DNA of 64,000 nt, from contig JBDUBD010000001.1 in NCBI GenBank assembly GCA_040004295.1, positions 128 through 64,127 on the forward strand, written 5' to 3'. The number at the start of each line of letters is the position of its first letter. The first letter of the stretch is position 1. A model generated the notes under the pieces. That model had not been told where the DNA came from. It saw only the letters and a list, made by a program, of their open reading frames with translations, and searched no databases. The position numbers were made by a program, and so were the translations under genes. Origin of the DNA: Sphingomonadales bacterium (GTDB lineage: Bacteria; Pseudomonadota; Alphaproteobacteria; Sphingomonadales; Sphingomonadaceae). This document shows positions 43,992-52,505 of this stretch, one piece after another.

Positions 43992-44033
43992 GACTCGTAC
44001 GGACGCAGCGATTCATCGCGGGCCTGCTGTAGA

Positions 44034-44495
44034 TCAGGCTAGACGTCTCTTGTGAGTTTTCTTTAGGCGCCGCTGCGCGTGGCATGCAGTCGGTGTCCGA
44101 CGGCGGCTGATTGGCGCCGCATCATCGTGCGCAAGGAGTGCCACTAGCCCGGCGTCGGTGGCCTGCACCCCGACCATCATCCTGGTGTTGACGGTATGCG
44201 ATCGGTGAGTTCGGATGAAATCCAATGGTAGGCGATCTTCGAGCGCCGCAAGCCCGGCATCGTGGAGCAGGCACCTGCCATCAGACATCACCAGTTCGGC
44301 ATAATCGTCCGCACCTTGGATGCGGACGATAGCCTCGCAGTCGACGATTTCGACGCGACCGCCGCTCTGCACGATCAACGTGGCGCGGCGGAAGCCGGTC
44401 GCTTGTGCGGCAAGCCGGTCGAGCGCCTTGGCCAGCCGTGCGGCCACCACTGGCTTGTGCACGAAGTCGAACACGGCATGGTCAAATGCCTCCAA
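44034..44495 (-). pseudogene. LytTR response regulator, N-terminally truncated
   Basis: EAFDHAVFDFVHKP is the end of a REC domain; FIRTHRSHTVN is a LytTR motif. The phospho-Asp region is missing and replaced by the IS3 end. Confidence 0.8.
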
Positions 44496-44498
44496 CGA

Positions 44499-45310
44499 TC
44501 GCTCTTCCCCCTGAAAAGTGGTCCATGTTGGAAGTGAGGGTTTCGGCTATTTTACGCTTTGGAAGGAGCGAGGAATGGCACGGAAGGTTTATACAGCGGA
44601 GCAGATCATCGGGATGTTGCGGGAGGCGGAGGTACGGCTGTCGCGGGTGAGAAGGTGGGTGCGATCTGCCGCGTGTTGAGTGTGTCTGAGCAGAGTTATT
44701 ACCGGTGGCGTCGTGAGTATGGCGGGTTGAAGGTGACGCAGGCGGCGCGATTGAAGACGCTGGAGAAGGAGAATGCGCGGCTCAGGAAGGCGGTATCGAA
44801 CCTGACGCTGGATGCTTTGATTCTGAAAGAGGTGATCGAGGGAAGGTTCTAAGCCCCTCGCGACGCCGTGCTGGGGTCGATCATGCGTGTGCGGCGCTCG
44901 GTGTGTCCGAGCGTCGTGCGTGCCGGGTTGTGGGCCAGCACCGTTCGACCCAGCGCAAGCCTTACCGGCCACGATCCGATGAGAAGCGCTTGACGGCGGA
45001 CATCATCCGGTTGGCGTCGGCCTATGGCCGGTATGGCTATCGCCGGGTGACCGCGCTGTTGCAGGGTGAGGGTTGGACGGTGAACGCCAAGCGGGTTGAG
45101 CGTATCTGGCGTCGCGAGGGGCTGAAGGTGCCGCAGAAGCAGCCCAAACGTGGCCGTCTCTGGCTGAATGATGGATCGTGCGTGCGGCTGCGGCCGCAGC
45201 ATCGCGGTCATGTCTGGAGCTACGACTTCGTCGCGGATCGCACGCATGACGGCAAGGCGTTCCGGATGTTGACGGTGATCGACGAGCATAGCCGGGAGTG
45301 CCTGGCGATC
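44499..45310 (+). mobile_element. Truncated IS3-family element (IS407-group-like)
   Basis: IRL-like CTCTTCCCCCTGAAAAGTGGTCCA. orfA from ATG 44575 has a 1-nt frameshift near 44643. orfB (RYGYRR, HVWSYDFV, LTVIDEHSRECLAI) is cut at about 45310; no IRR. Confidence 0.88.
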
Positions 45311-45413
45311 GCATCCGCAATTCCAAAACTTGCATAAAGCGACGTGCGTGGGACGGCCTCGGGGTCATGGATATAGCGCAGCCGGAACGCCAGATCGCGC
45401 GCAGGCGCCCGTA

Positions 45414-45666
45414 GAAAACAGCATTTGCCTGAACCGGAAATATCGCTTTCACCCCGGGAAGGTTAGCCACCTCGGTCGCTCGTTTCTTTGCGCAGGCATT
45501 GCTGTGCCGTGCATCGGCCAGCCACACTCCGCTCTATAGCAGTCCCACCCAAGAGGCAGAAAAAAAAGCGCATCTTCGATGCCAGCTGTCCGGCCTGCTT
45601 GCAGCGATACACAAAGTCCTCCGACAGCACCGTATCGAAGAATATTATCGCGTCGCCGACGAATTC
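45414..45666 (-). pseudogene. Low-specificity L-threonine aldolase (LtaE-like) internal remnant
   Basis: GDAIIFFD..EDFVYRCKQAGQLASKMRF, then +1 frameshift in a T8 run, SASWVGLL, stop, ..ARHSNACA..LPGVKAIFPVQANAVF. Confidence 0.8.
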
Positions 45667-45820
45667 CAACAGAGGCCGTGGCACCGAGCGGCGGTGGTTA
45701 CGTTGCCCGGCAACGGTTACGCAACCGCAATTGGCTTCGCAATCCGAATGGGCGCAGCCATTCTCGATCCCGCAAAGGTTCAACGACGTTGTTGCTCCGA
45801 AGTCAGTTAGGGAACCCGTC

Positions 45821-46423
45821 ATGGATCAGCTCAAGAAGTCTTCTTTGCGGAAGCTCGATCGACTATTTCCAGCTGCCACCCTGGCAGTTTTGGTTGTGGC
45901 GATGAGCGGATGTGGCCCCAAAAGCAGCTCGACGTCAGACGCGCGCGACACGGCGCAAACGCCTTACAAATCGGTTGCGAGCGTCAAGGAGCTTATGGAC
46001 TCGACGGTTGATCCAGCGGCGGACGGCGTTTGGGATGCAGTGGGCATTATCTCCAACGCCTCTGGGGTCACCAAACATGAGCCGCGCACCGACGAGGAGT
46101 GGCACGCGGTCCGCCGTCACGCGATGACCCTGATTGAATCGATGAATCTGGTGATGATGCCGGGCCGCCTTGCTGCACCACACGGAACGAAGGCCGGACT
46201 TGGCGAGCTTAGCCCGCAGCAGATTGACGCTGCGATCAAGGAAAACCGACCGGAATTCGATCAGTATGCCGGCGCGGTACGCGACTCAGCCGCCGAGGCG
46301 TTAAAAGCCATTGACCAAAAGGATACGGCTGCACTGACCCGGATCGGCGGCGACATCGATCAGCGCTGCGAAGCTTGCCACACCGTCTTTTGGTATCCGA
46401 ACTCCGCGAGTCCAGCCAAGTAG
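45821..46423 (+). CDS. Lipoprotein class II cytochrome c (c'/c556-like)
   Basis: Lipobox AMSGC, helical body, single C-terminal CEACH heme motif; start ATG 45821. Confidence 0.8.
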   Translation: MDQLKKSSLRKLDRLFPAATLAVLVVAMSGCGPKSSSTSDARDTAQTPYKSVASVKELMDSTVDPAADGVWDAVGIISNASGVTKHEPRTDEEWHAVRRHAMTLIESMNLVMMPGRLAAPHGTKAGLGELSPQQIDAAIKENRPEFDQYAGAVRDSAAEALKAIDQKDTAALTRIGGDIDQRCEACHTVFWYPNSASPAK

Positions 46424-46481
46424 TAGCCAGCCCGGCAGCGGATGTCTGGACCTGATCATCCCCAATGGTGCCGGGCTTGTC

Positions 46482-47051
46482 CTATTTGGATGCCGATCGC
46501 GACGCATCGTCGATGATGTAGCGCCAGCCACCGTCGGCCTGCTTGCGCATCACTTCGATACCACCGCCCGTCAGCTCCTGTTTGGCGCCTTCGGCACTGA
46601 CGAAATTCATCCGCCAGTGGTTGGTCGTTAACGCGACATCATTGTAAAGGACGTGCCGACGATTGCCGAGAACGATCTGTGGCTTGATGCTCAGCAACCC
46701 TTTGAGGTCTTCGTGGACCTTGGATTTGCCGATCAACGTGACTCCGTCGGGATTAACGTAGGTGACATCATCGACGTAGAGATCGACCAATCCCTCAAGG
46801 TCGCCGGTGTTGAAGCGTTCCTGCCAGGCGTCGTACAGCTTGTCGATGTCCGTTACGGGAGGGATGCGTCGCGCCGTCGCCGCGGTTGCTGCCCTTGGGG
46901 TGACGGCGATCCCGGCGGCAACGGCCCCGGCTGCCATGACTTTCAGAAAGCTCGCGCGTGTGATTTCCACCGTTGCTGAAGTGGATTGATCAAGCTGTGA
47001 CCGCTCACCTTGGTCAGCGTTTTCCCAGGCCTTGCGAATGGATTGGATCAC
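46482..47051 (-). CDS. SnoaL/DUF4440 (NTF2-fold) protein with a Tat-like leader
   Basis: WQERFNTGDLEGLVDLY and EVMRKQADGGWRYIID NTF2 pattern; leader TRASFLKVMAAGAVAAG. GTG start at 47051 follows GGAGG. Confidence 0.8.
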   Translation of the reverse strand: MIQSIRKAWENADQGERSQLDQSTSATVEITRASFLKVMAAGAVAAGIAVTPRAATAATARRIPPVTDIDKLYDAWQERFNTGDLEGLVDLYVDDVTYVNPDGVTLIGKSKVHEDLKGLLSIKPQIVLGNRRHVLYNDVALTTNHWRMNFVSAEGAKQELTGGGIEVMRKQADGGWRYIIDDASRSASK

Positions 47052-47214
47052 AGTTCGTACCTCCAACGATCATGTGCGACGGGCGAAGTCAGGGCTCGTC
47101 AGCCGTTAAATAGTCGCTAAGCTAGCAGGCTTGAACTGCATCCGCCGATCCCATCTTCGGCCGATTTTACGACCGTTTCGGCCTGCAGCGGGGCGCATGC
47201 CGTCGCATTTTTCA

Positions 47215-47248
47215 CGTCGCCCCTGAACCCGAGAGTGCAGGGGCGACG
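47215..47248. other. Strong hairpin directly after the TBDR gene (terminator or mRNA stabiliser)
   Basis: CGTCGCCCCTG-N12-CAGGGGCGACG perfect 11-bp stem. Confidence 0.55.
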
Positions 47249-47258
47249 AAAGGCATAT

Positions 47259-49679
47259 TTAGCGGGTGCCGAAGGGAACCCGCAGCGTCGCACCATAGGT
47301 CGTGGGCGGTGCATAGATCGAGGTCACACCGAGAATGCCAAGATTGAGGGCATAGGCACGGTACGCCTTGTCGAAAACATTGCGCCCCCACACGGTCAGC
47401 GAGATGCCCGATGGCGTGTCGCGATAGGTGAGCGACGCGTTGGTGACGTTATAGGCTTTTTGCAGCGACCCCAGGCCGTTGGTTACTTCCAGGAATTGAT
47501 CGTCGTACCAGACGCCATCCACCTGCGCGGCCACATTTCCGTGCCCAACGTCAACATTGTAGCGCAGCAGATAGTTGAAGCTGAAGCGCGGAGCATTGGG
47601 CAACTCGACGCCCGTGATCGTCTTTTGCGGGAAGTCGCAGCGGAACACACCGCCCAGATTGGTGCAATACTGGGTGTTGGCAGCGCCGGGGACCAATTCC
47701 GGGCCAAACTGGACGTCGGTTGCCGGAATGCTGTCGACCGACGAGGTTTGCCATGTTGCCCCGAACACCGCATCGAAGCGCCGTGATGGCGACCAGAACG
47801 CTTCCAGTTCGGCACCGGTCGAATGGGCGTTGCTGTTGAAGACGTGGGGTACGCCGCCAGCCAGCGAGAAGGCCTGATAATCTTCATACGCGTAATGGTA
47901 CACAGTGCCGTTGAGGCGCAGCGTGCGATCCAGCAATGTCGTCTTGAACCCGGCCTCGAAACTGTTCAGCGTTTCGGGACGATGCTGGAAGTCGGCGGCG
48001 GCAATGTTCGACGACAGCGACCAATTGCCACCCTTGATGCCGCGATTCCACGATGCGAAGAGCAATGTTTGCGCGCTCGCCTGGAAATTGAGAGACACGC
48101 GTGCCGCCCAGTCGCCATAGGATATCTGGTTCGACCCCGGCACCACTGCAGCCAGATCCTTGTCGGTGAAAAGGACCTTGGGATTGGGCTGCGGTGCATA
48201 AGTGGGGTCGCTCAGGACATTGACGTAGTCGATAGACTTGTTGTCCTTGGAATAGCGGGCTCCCAGCGTCAGCGACAGCCGGTCGGTCAGCTTGATGTCG
48301 CCTTGTGCAAAGACCGACCAGTTCTTGGACGGAATTTTGTAGAACTGGGAAACCTGCGGCACCGAAAAGCCGCCGTTACCGGAAAGGGCCAAGTCGTAAA
48401 TCGGCGCGCCGGTCACGGCATGATCGCCATCGTATTTCATATCGAGGTAATAGGCCCCGATTTGCCACTTCAGGCGACTGGTGTCGCCGGACAGGCGCAG
48501 CTCTTGAGAAAACTGGTGAAATTTGAGCGTCGTATCGACATTGACGATCAGAAATGGGATCGCGTCGCCGTCTTCGGCATAAACCTTGTCCAGTGTAAGA
48601 TAATTGGTGATCGCGGTCAGGTTCGCACCGCCAAGCTTCCAGTTCAGTTCGGCCTGGTAACTGTTCGCCACCCGGTTCAGAGAGCCCTTGCGCTCGCCGA
48701 AATGGACCCATGGGGATGCCGGAAGGCCGGTCACTCCGTTGATCACACCATTCTGGGCGTCGCTCAGCCCGGCGGCATTGGTGTCGCAATAGCCATTGGG
48801 CAGGAAATTGCAGTTCTCGAAAACATAGCCACCAGTGGCAAGGTCGTTGTCTTCGGAATGCTTGTACCACAGGCTCACGGTCGCATCGGGTGACAGGTCG
48901 ATCTGTAAATTGACGCGAGCGGCCCAGCCATTCTTGCCGCCGAGATCCTGACCACTGCCGGGCAGGACGCCAAGACCGAGCGCGGTGGCATCTGTATCGC
49001 GCGACTTAATATAACCGTCGGCTTTCTCGAAACGGGTGGCCGCGCGTATGCGGACGCCCGGTGCCAGTTGTCCACCGACTGCACCCTCCAACGACCAGTC
49101 ATTGAAGCGACCGTAGTCGCCCTGGACATAGCCATTGAATTCGACCTTGCTGGCGTCCTCGCTGAGGTAATGGATCAGACCGCCGGTGGCGTTACGACCG
49201 AATAGCGTACCTTGAGGGCCGCGCAGGACTTCGACGCGCTTGATGTCGAACAACTGGCCCGACACGGCATTCATCGAGGCGATATAAGCATTGTCCTGAT
49301 ATACCGCGACCGGCGCTTCGAGATTGTCGGTGAAGTTGTTCTGCGAAATGCCGCGCAGGCTGAAGATCGTCAGGTTCGGTGACCAGGCATTGACCCGCAA
49401 GGCAGGGATTTGCTGAGTAATCTGCGTGGTATCGGTGATGCCCAGCCGATCGATCTGCTCGCCGGAAAAAGCGCTCATCGAAATCGGAACCTTCTGCAGG
49501 CTCTCGCTGCGCTTGTTGGCAGTGACCACGATTTCAGTGACCATGTTGCCGTCCGCTGACCCGCTTGCACCCGCATCGGCAGATGTAGTGCCCTGCGCCA
49601 CTGCCAGTGTTGGGAACGCCAGATACGAGCAGGCAAGCATGAGCGAGAGGCGTGATGTGGCGCGGAAGGTAAGATGCAT
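47259..49679 (-). CDS. TonB-dependent receptor
   Basis: Signal peptide, TonB box EIVVTA, EVLRGPQGTLFGRNATGG plug, NVFDKAY near the C-terminus; start ATG 49679. Confidence 0.95.
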   Translation of the reverse strand: MHLTFRATSRLSLMLACSYLAFPTLAVAQGTTSADAGASGSADGNMVTEIVVTANKRSESLQKVPISMSAFSGEQIDRLGITDTTQITQQIPALRVNAWSPNLTIFSLRGISQNNFTDNLEAPVAVYQDNAYIASMNAVSGQLFDIKRVEVLRGPQGTLFGRNATGGLIHYLSEDASKVEFNGYVQGDYGRFNDWSLEGAVGGQLAPGVRIRAATRFEKADGYIKSRDTDATALGLGVLPGSGQDLGGKNGWAARVNLQIDLSPDATVSLWYKHSEDNDLATGGYVFENCNFLPNGYCDTNAAGLSDAQNGVINGVTGLPASPWVHFGERKGSLNRVANSYQAELNWKLGGANLTAITNYLTLDKVYAEDGDAIPFLIVNVDTTLKFHQFSQELRLSGDTSRLKWQIGAYYLDMKYDGDHAVTGAPIYDLALSGNGGFSVPQVSQFYKIPSKNWSVFAQGDIKLTDRLSLTLGARYSKDNKSIDYVNVLSDPTYAPQPNPKVLFTDKDLAAVVPGSNQISYGDWAARVSLNFQASAQTLLFASWNRGIKGGNWSLSSNIAAADFQHRPETLNSFEAGFKTTLLDRTLRLNGTVYHYAYEDYQAFSLAGGVPHVFNSNAHSTGAELEAFWSPSRRFDAVFGATWQTSSVDSIPATDVQFGPELVPGAANTQYCTNLGGVFRCDFPQKTITGVELPNAPRFSFNYLLRYNVDVGHGNVAAQVDGVWYDDQFLEVTNGLGSLQKAYNVTNASLTYRDTPSGISLTVWGRNVFDKAYRAYALNLGILGVTSIYAPPTTYGATLRVPFGTR

Positions 49680-50049
49680 GCGTTTAGACTCCCTGTAGCG
49701 GTTCGGTTCTTTCGCTCGCTCTGTGGACGGCCCAAGGCGAAGCGTTCGACGGAGGTATTTCACAATTGACAGTAATAGGCAATATCGCTTCATTGTTGCA
49801 TGAATGAAACAGTAAAAGAGCGGGGATAATGGTGCTCTTCTTTTCCATCGTGGGTTCAAAATATTTTATTAAATAATTGATTTTAAATCACAAAATATCA
49901 GTCTCAATTTTCTTTGAGGTTCCTTAATGGGAACAATCCGAACAAAATTGCCGACATTGTCAATAAAAATATGTCATGATAGAAGTTGCAAAATCACGTC
50001 GCCGCTCAATGGCGATTCGGCGACCAAAGGGCCAACGAGGAGAGCAAAC
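49680..50049. promoter_or_regulatory. AT-rich divergent promoter region (TBDR / monooxygenase)
   Basis: Very AT-rich 49850-49980; palindromes TTCAT-N6-ATGAA (49789-49804) and GTTCC-N6-GGAAC. Confidence 0.55.
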
Positions 50050-51276
50050 ATGTTGCATGTGGCTGTATCGAACGACGGGAACGATCGCGCGAGCCGTGAT
50101 GGTGCTCCACCTAACGTCGCCACATTGGTCGCCCGCGCACAAGCGATGATCCCTGTCCTGCGGGAGCGCGAAGACGGAGCGATCCGCAGCCGCCAGGTGC
50201 CGATCGAAACAATAGTCGATTTTCAGCAAGCAGGCTTTTTCAAGATCCTGCAGCCGCGGCGCTTCGGCGGCTACGAAATGTCTCCAGCGGTCTATTGTGA
50301 GGTGGCCAAGACGTTGGCCGAGGGCTGCATGGGCAGCGCCTGGGTCTATGGTGTCGTTGCCGTCCACAACTGGCAAATGGCCCTGTTCGATCCGCAAGCT
50401 GCCGAAGATGTTTGGGGCGATGATCCTTCGGTATTGATCAGTTCTTCCTACATGCCGACCGGCAAAGCAGTCAAAGTCGATGGCGGCTATCGTTTTAGCG
50501 GCCGATGGGCGTTTTCCAGCGGATCCGAACACTGCCAATGGGTGATCCTGGGTGCCAACATGATTGCCGACGACGGCGACGGGCAGCCAGAGCCTTACAA
50601 CTTCCTGGTGCCTCGCAGTGACTATGCGATCTTGGATACCTGGCACACCATGGGACTGTGCCCCACCGGCAGCAATGACATCGTGGTGGACGATGTTTTC
50701 GTGCCGTCGTATCGCGTGATACGCGAGCGTGACATGTTCAATCTGGCGTGCCCAGGTCATGCTCTGAACACCGGCGAACTCTATCGCATTCCTTTTGCGC
50801 AACTGTTCAACCGGACGGTTTCGACGACGTCACTGGGTTCGCTCCGTCGTGCACTGGACACGTTCGTGGAATCAACCCGGCAAAAGCGGGCCACCTACAC
50901 CGGACTGCGGCTTGCAGGGGACACGACGATCCAGGAAGCCGTCGCCGATGTCATGTTGACGCTGCACGACCTCGAACTGCGCTTCGCCGCCGACCTGGCC
51001 GAACTGGACAGCCGCGCGGCAAGCGGCGATTGGCCGATCGAACGGCGTGCTGTGCTCGGGTACCACACCACTGCCGTTGTCTCTCGTTGCGTCGAGGCGA
51101 TCGACAAGCTGATGCTGTTTTCCGGCGGCAAGGCCATTTACCTTGGCAACGTCGTTCAGCGAGCGTTCCTTGATATCCACTGCGCACGCGGACACGTTGC
51201 CAACAATCCTTATCCCTATGCGCGTAACGTGGGCGGACTGGCCTTCGGGTTCGAAAACAACTGCATGGATCTTTGA
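50050..51276 (+). CDS. Group D flavin-dependent monooxygenase, oxygenase component (ACAD fold, HsaA-like)
   Basis: FFKILQPRRFGG, VHNWQMALF, ISSSYMP, GRWAFSSG..HC, TGSND, RAFLDIH. Confidence 0.88.
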   Translation: MLHVAVSNDGNDRASRDGAPPNVATLVARAQAMIPVLREREDGAIRSRQVPIETIVDFQQAGFFKILQPRRFGGYEMSPAVYCEVAKTLAEGCMGSAWVYGVVAVHNWQMALFDPQAAEDVWGDDPSVLISSSYMPTGKAVKVDGGYRFSGRWAFSSGSEHCQWVILGANMIADDGDGQPEPYNFLVPRSDYAILDTWHTMGLCPTGSNDIVVDDVFVPSYRVIRERDMFNLACPGHALNTGELYRIPFAQLFNRTVSTTSLGSLRRALDTFVESTRQKRATYTGLRLAGDTTIQEAVADVMLTLHDLELRFAADLAELDSRAASGDWPIERRAVLGYHTTAVVSRCVEAIDKLMLFSGGKAIYLGNVVQRAFLDIHCARGHVANNPYPYARNVGGLAFGFENNCMDL

Positions 51277-51348
51277 TCGTCACGGCCGCTTGCGCCGTTG
51301 ACCGGCAAGGTCGTTGGACGGCCTTGAGGTGAATATCCGTAACGCGGG

Positions 51349-52293
51349 CTAGATGGCGGCTGCCAGCGCCTGTGATACGCCGTGCACAACTTCGGGCTTG
51401 GCGGCCATTTCGTTGCGAACGAAGTCCACGAAAGCCCGGACTTTCGACAAGGCAAAATTACCACGCGGGAAAATGATGTGCAGCGAAATACTTTCGCTGA
51501 CCACGTCATCAAGCAGGGATTCGAGCCGGTTGGCTGCAATATCTTCCTCGACCAGAAACCGGGGCAGGTAGCTGACCCCGAGCCCTTCGAGTGTGGCCTG
51601 CCGCGCCATCCGCACCGAGTTGCTGGTCAGCGGGCCTCGGTTCACCGCGACCGTGACATCGTCGGACAGGCGCCATTCGCCAACCTTCGACAGATGTGTT
51701 TCGACGATGCAGGTATGTTCTTTGAGGTCATTGGGTGTCGACGGCCAGCCAGCACGTCCGAGATAGTCCGGCGCGGCGACCAGCACCATGGGATAGGTAC
51801 GCAGTTGCACCGATTCCAGGCTGGCGTCGAACGGATCACCCATCCAGAAGGCCACGTCGAAGCGGCCCTTGAGCATGTCGACCTTGCTGTCCGAAAGATT
51901 AAGGAACATCCGTATATCGGGATAGGTCTTGAGGAACCGCGGAATGATCGCGGTAAGATCGAACAACGAAGACACGACGGGCGCATTCACCTTGAGTTCG
52001 CCGCGCGGTTTTGAAACCATCCCGGTGATAATCTGGTTTGCCTCGTTCACCTCATCGACGATGCGAGCGCAGCGTGCGTACATTTCGCGTCCGGCTGGCG
52101 TGAGCGAAACCGATCGCGTCGTCCGATCCAGCAGGCGCACCCCTATATTCTGTTCCAGCTTGGCGATCTGCCGGCTGACTGCAGCTTTTGAATAGCCGAG
52201 CACCTTGGCGGCATTCGAAAAGCCTCCGCTGCTGACGACGGCGGCGAATGACATCATCGCCATGACATTGCCCAAATCTGGTCGGTCTTCCAT
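51349..52293 (-). CDS. LysR-family regulator (CrgA/DmlR-like)
   Basis: FSNAAKVLGYSKAAVSRQIAKLE HTH, LLDRTTRSVSLT, KVRAFVDF. Confidence 0.93.
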   Translation of the reverse strand: MEDRPDLGNVMAMMSFAAVVSSGGFSNAAKVLGYSKAAVSRQIAKLEQNIGVRLLDRTTRSVSLTPAGREMYARCARIVDEVNEANQIITGMVSKPRGELKVNAPVVSSLFDLTAIIPRFLKTYPDIRMFLNLSDSKVDMLKGRFDVAFWMGDPFDASLESVQLRTYPMVLVAAPDYLGRAGWPSTPNDLKEHTCIVETHLSKVGEWRLSDDVTVAVNRGPLTSNSVRMARQATLEGLGVSYLPRFLVEEDIAANRLESLLDDVVSESISLHIIFPRGNFALSKVRAFVDFVRNEMAAKPEVVHGVSQALAAAI

Positions 52294-52422
52294 CCTCTGC
52301 TCTGTGTTTCAGGCGTTGGAGCGAGTCAATCCGGATGAGTTCTCTCACCCCCGTGAATGCCCCGTTTCAATGACGAATTATTGTTACGTCAATGCAAAAA
52401 TACGTAGATAATGATTTAGACT

Positions 52423-52439
52423 GTTGCGTTTGAGGTAAC
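52423..52439. promoter_or_regulatory. Candidate LysR box
   Basis: GTTGC-N7-GTAAC imperfect palindrome in the LysR/aminotransferase divergent spacer. Confidence 0.4.
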
Positions 52440-52505
52440 TTTGCGCAAGGACTTTGACGGTAATTTCAGGGCCGCTCTTCGAGCAGCGGCATGACCGGGA
52501 GAAAT

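Noticed and set aside
45488-45820. Long N-terminal extension of the cytochrome ORF
   Set aside because: It overlaps the antisense threonine aldolase remnant; the lipoprotein signal fits a start at 45821.
49878-49892. FNR/FixK box (TTGATTTTAAATCAC)
   Set aside because: Spacer is 5 nt rather than TTGAT-N4-ATCAA, and the context is so AT-rich that chance matches are likely.
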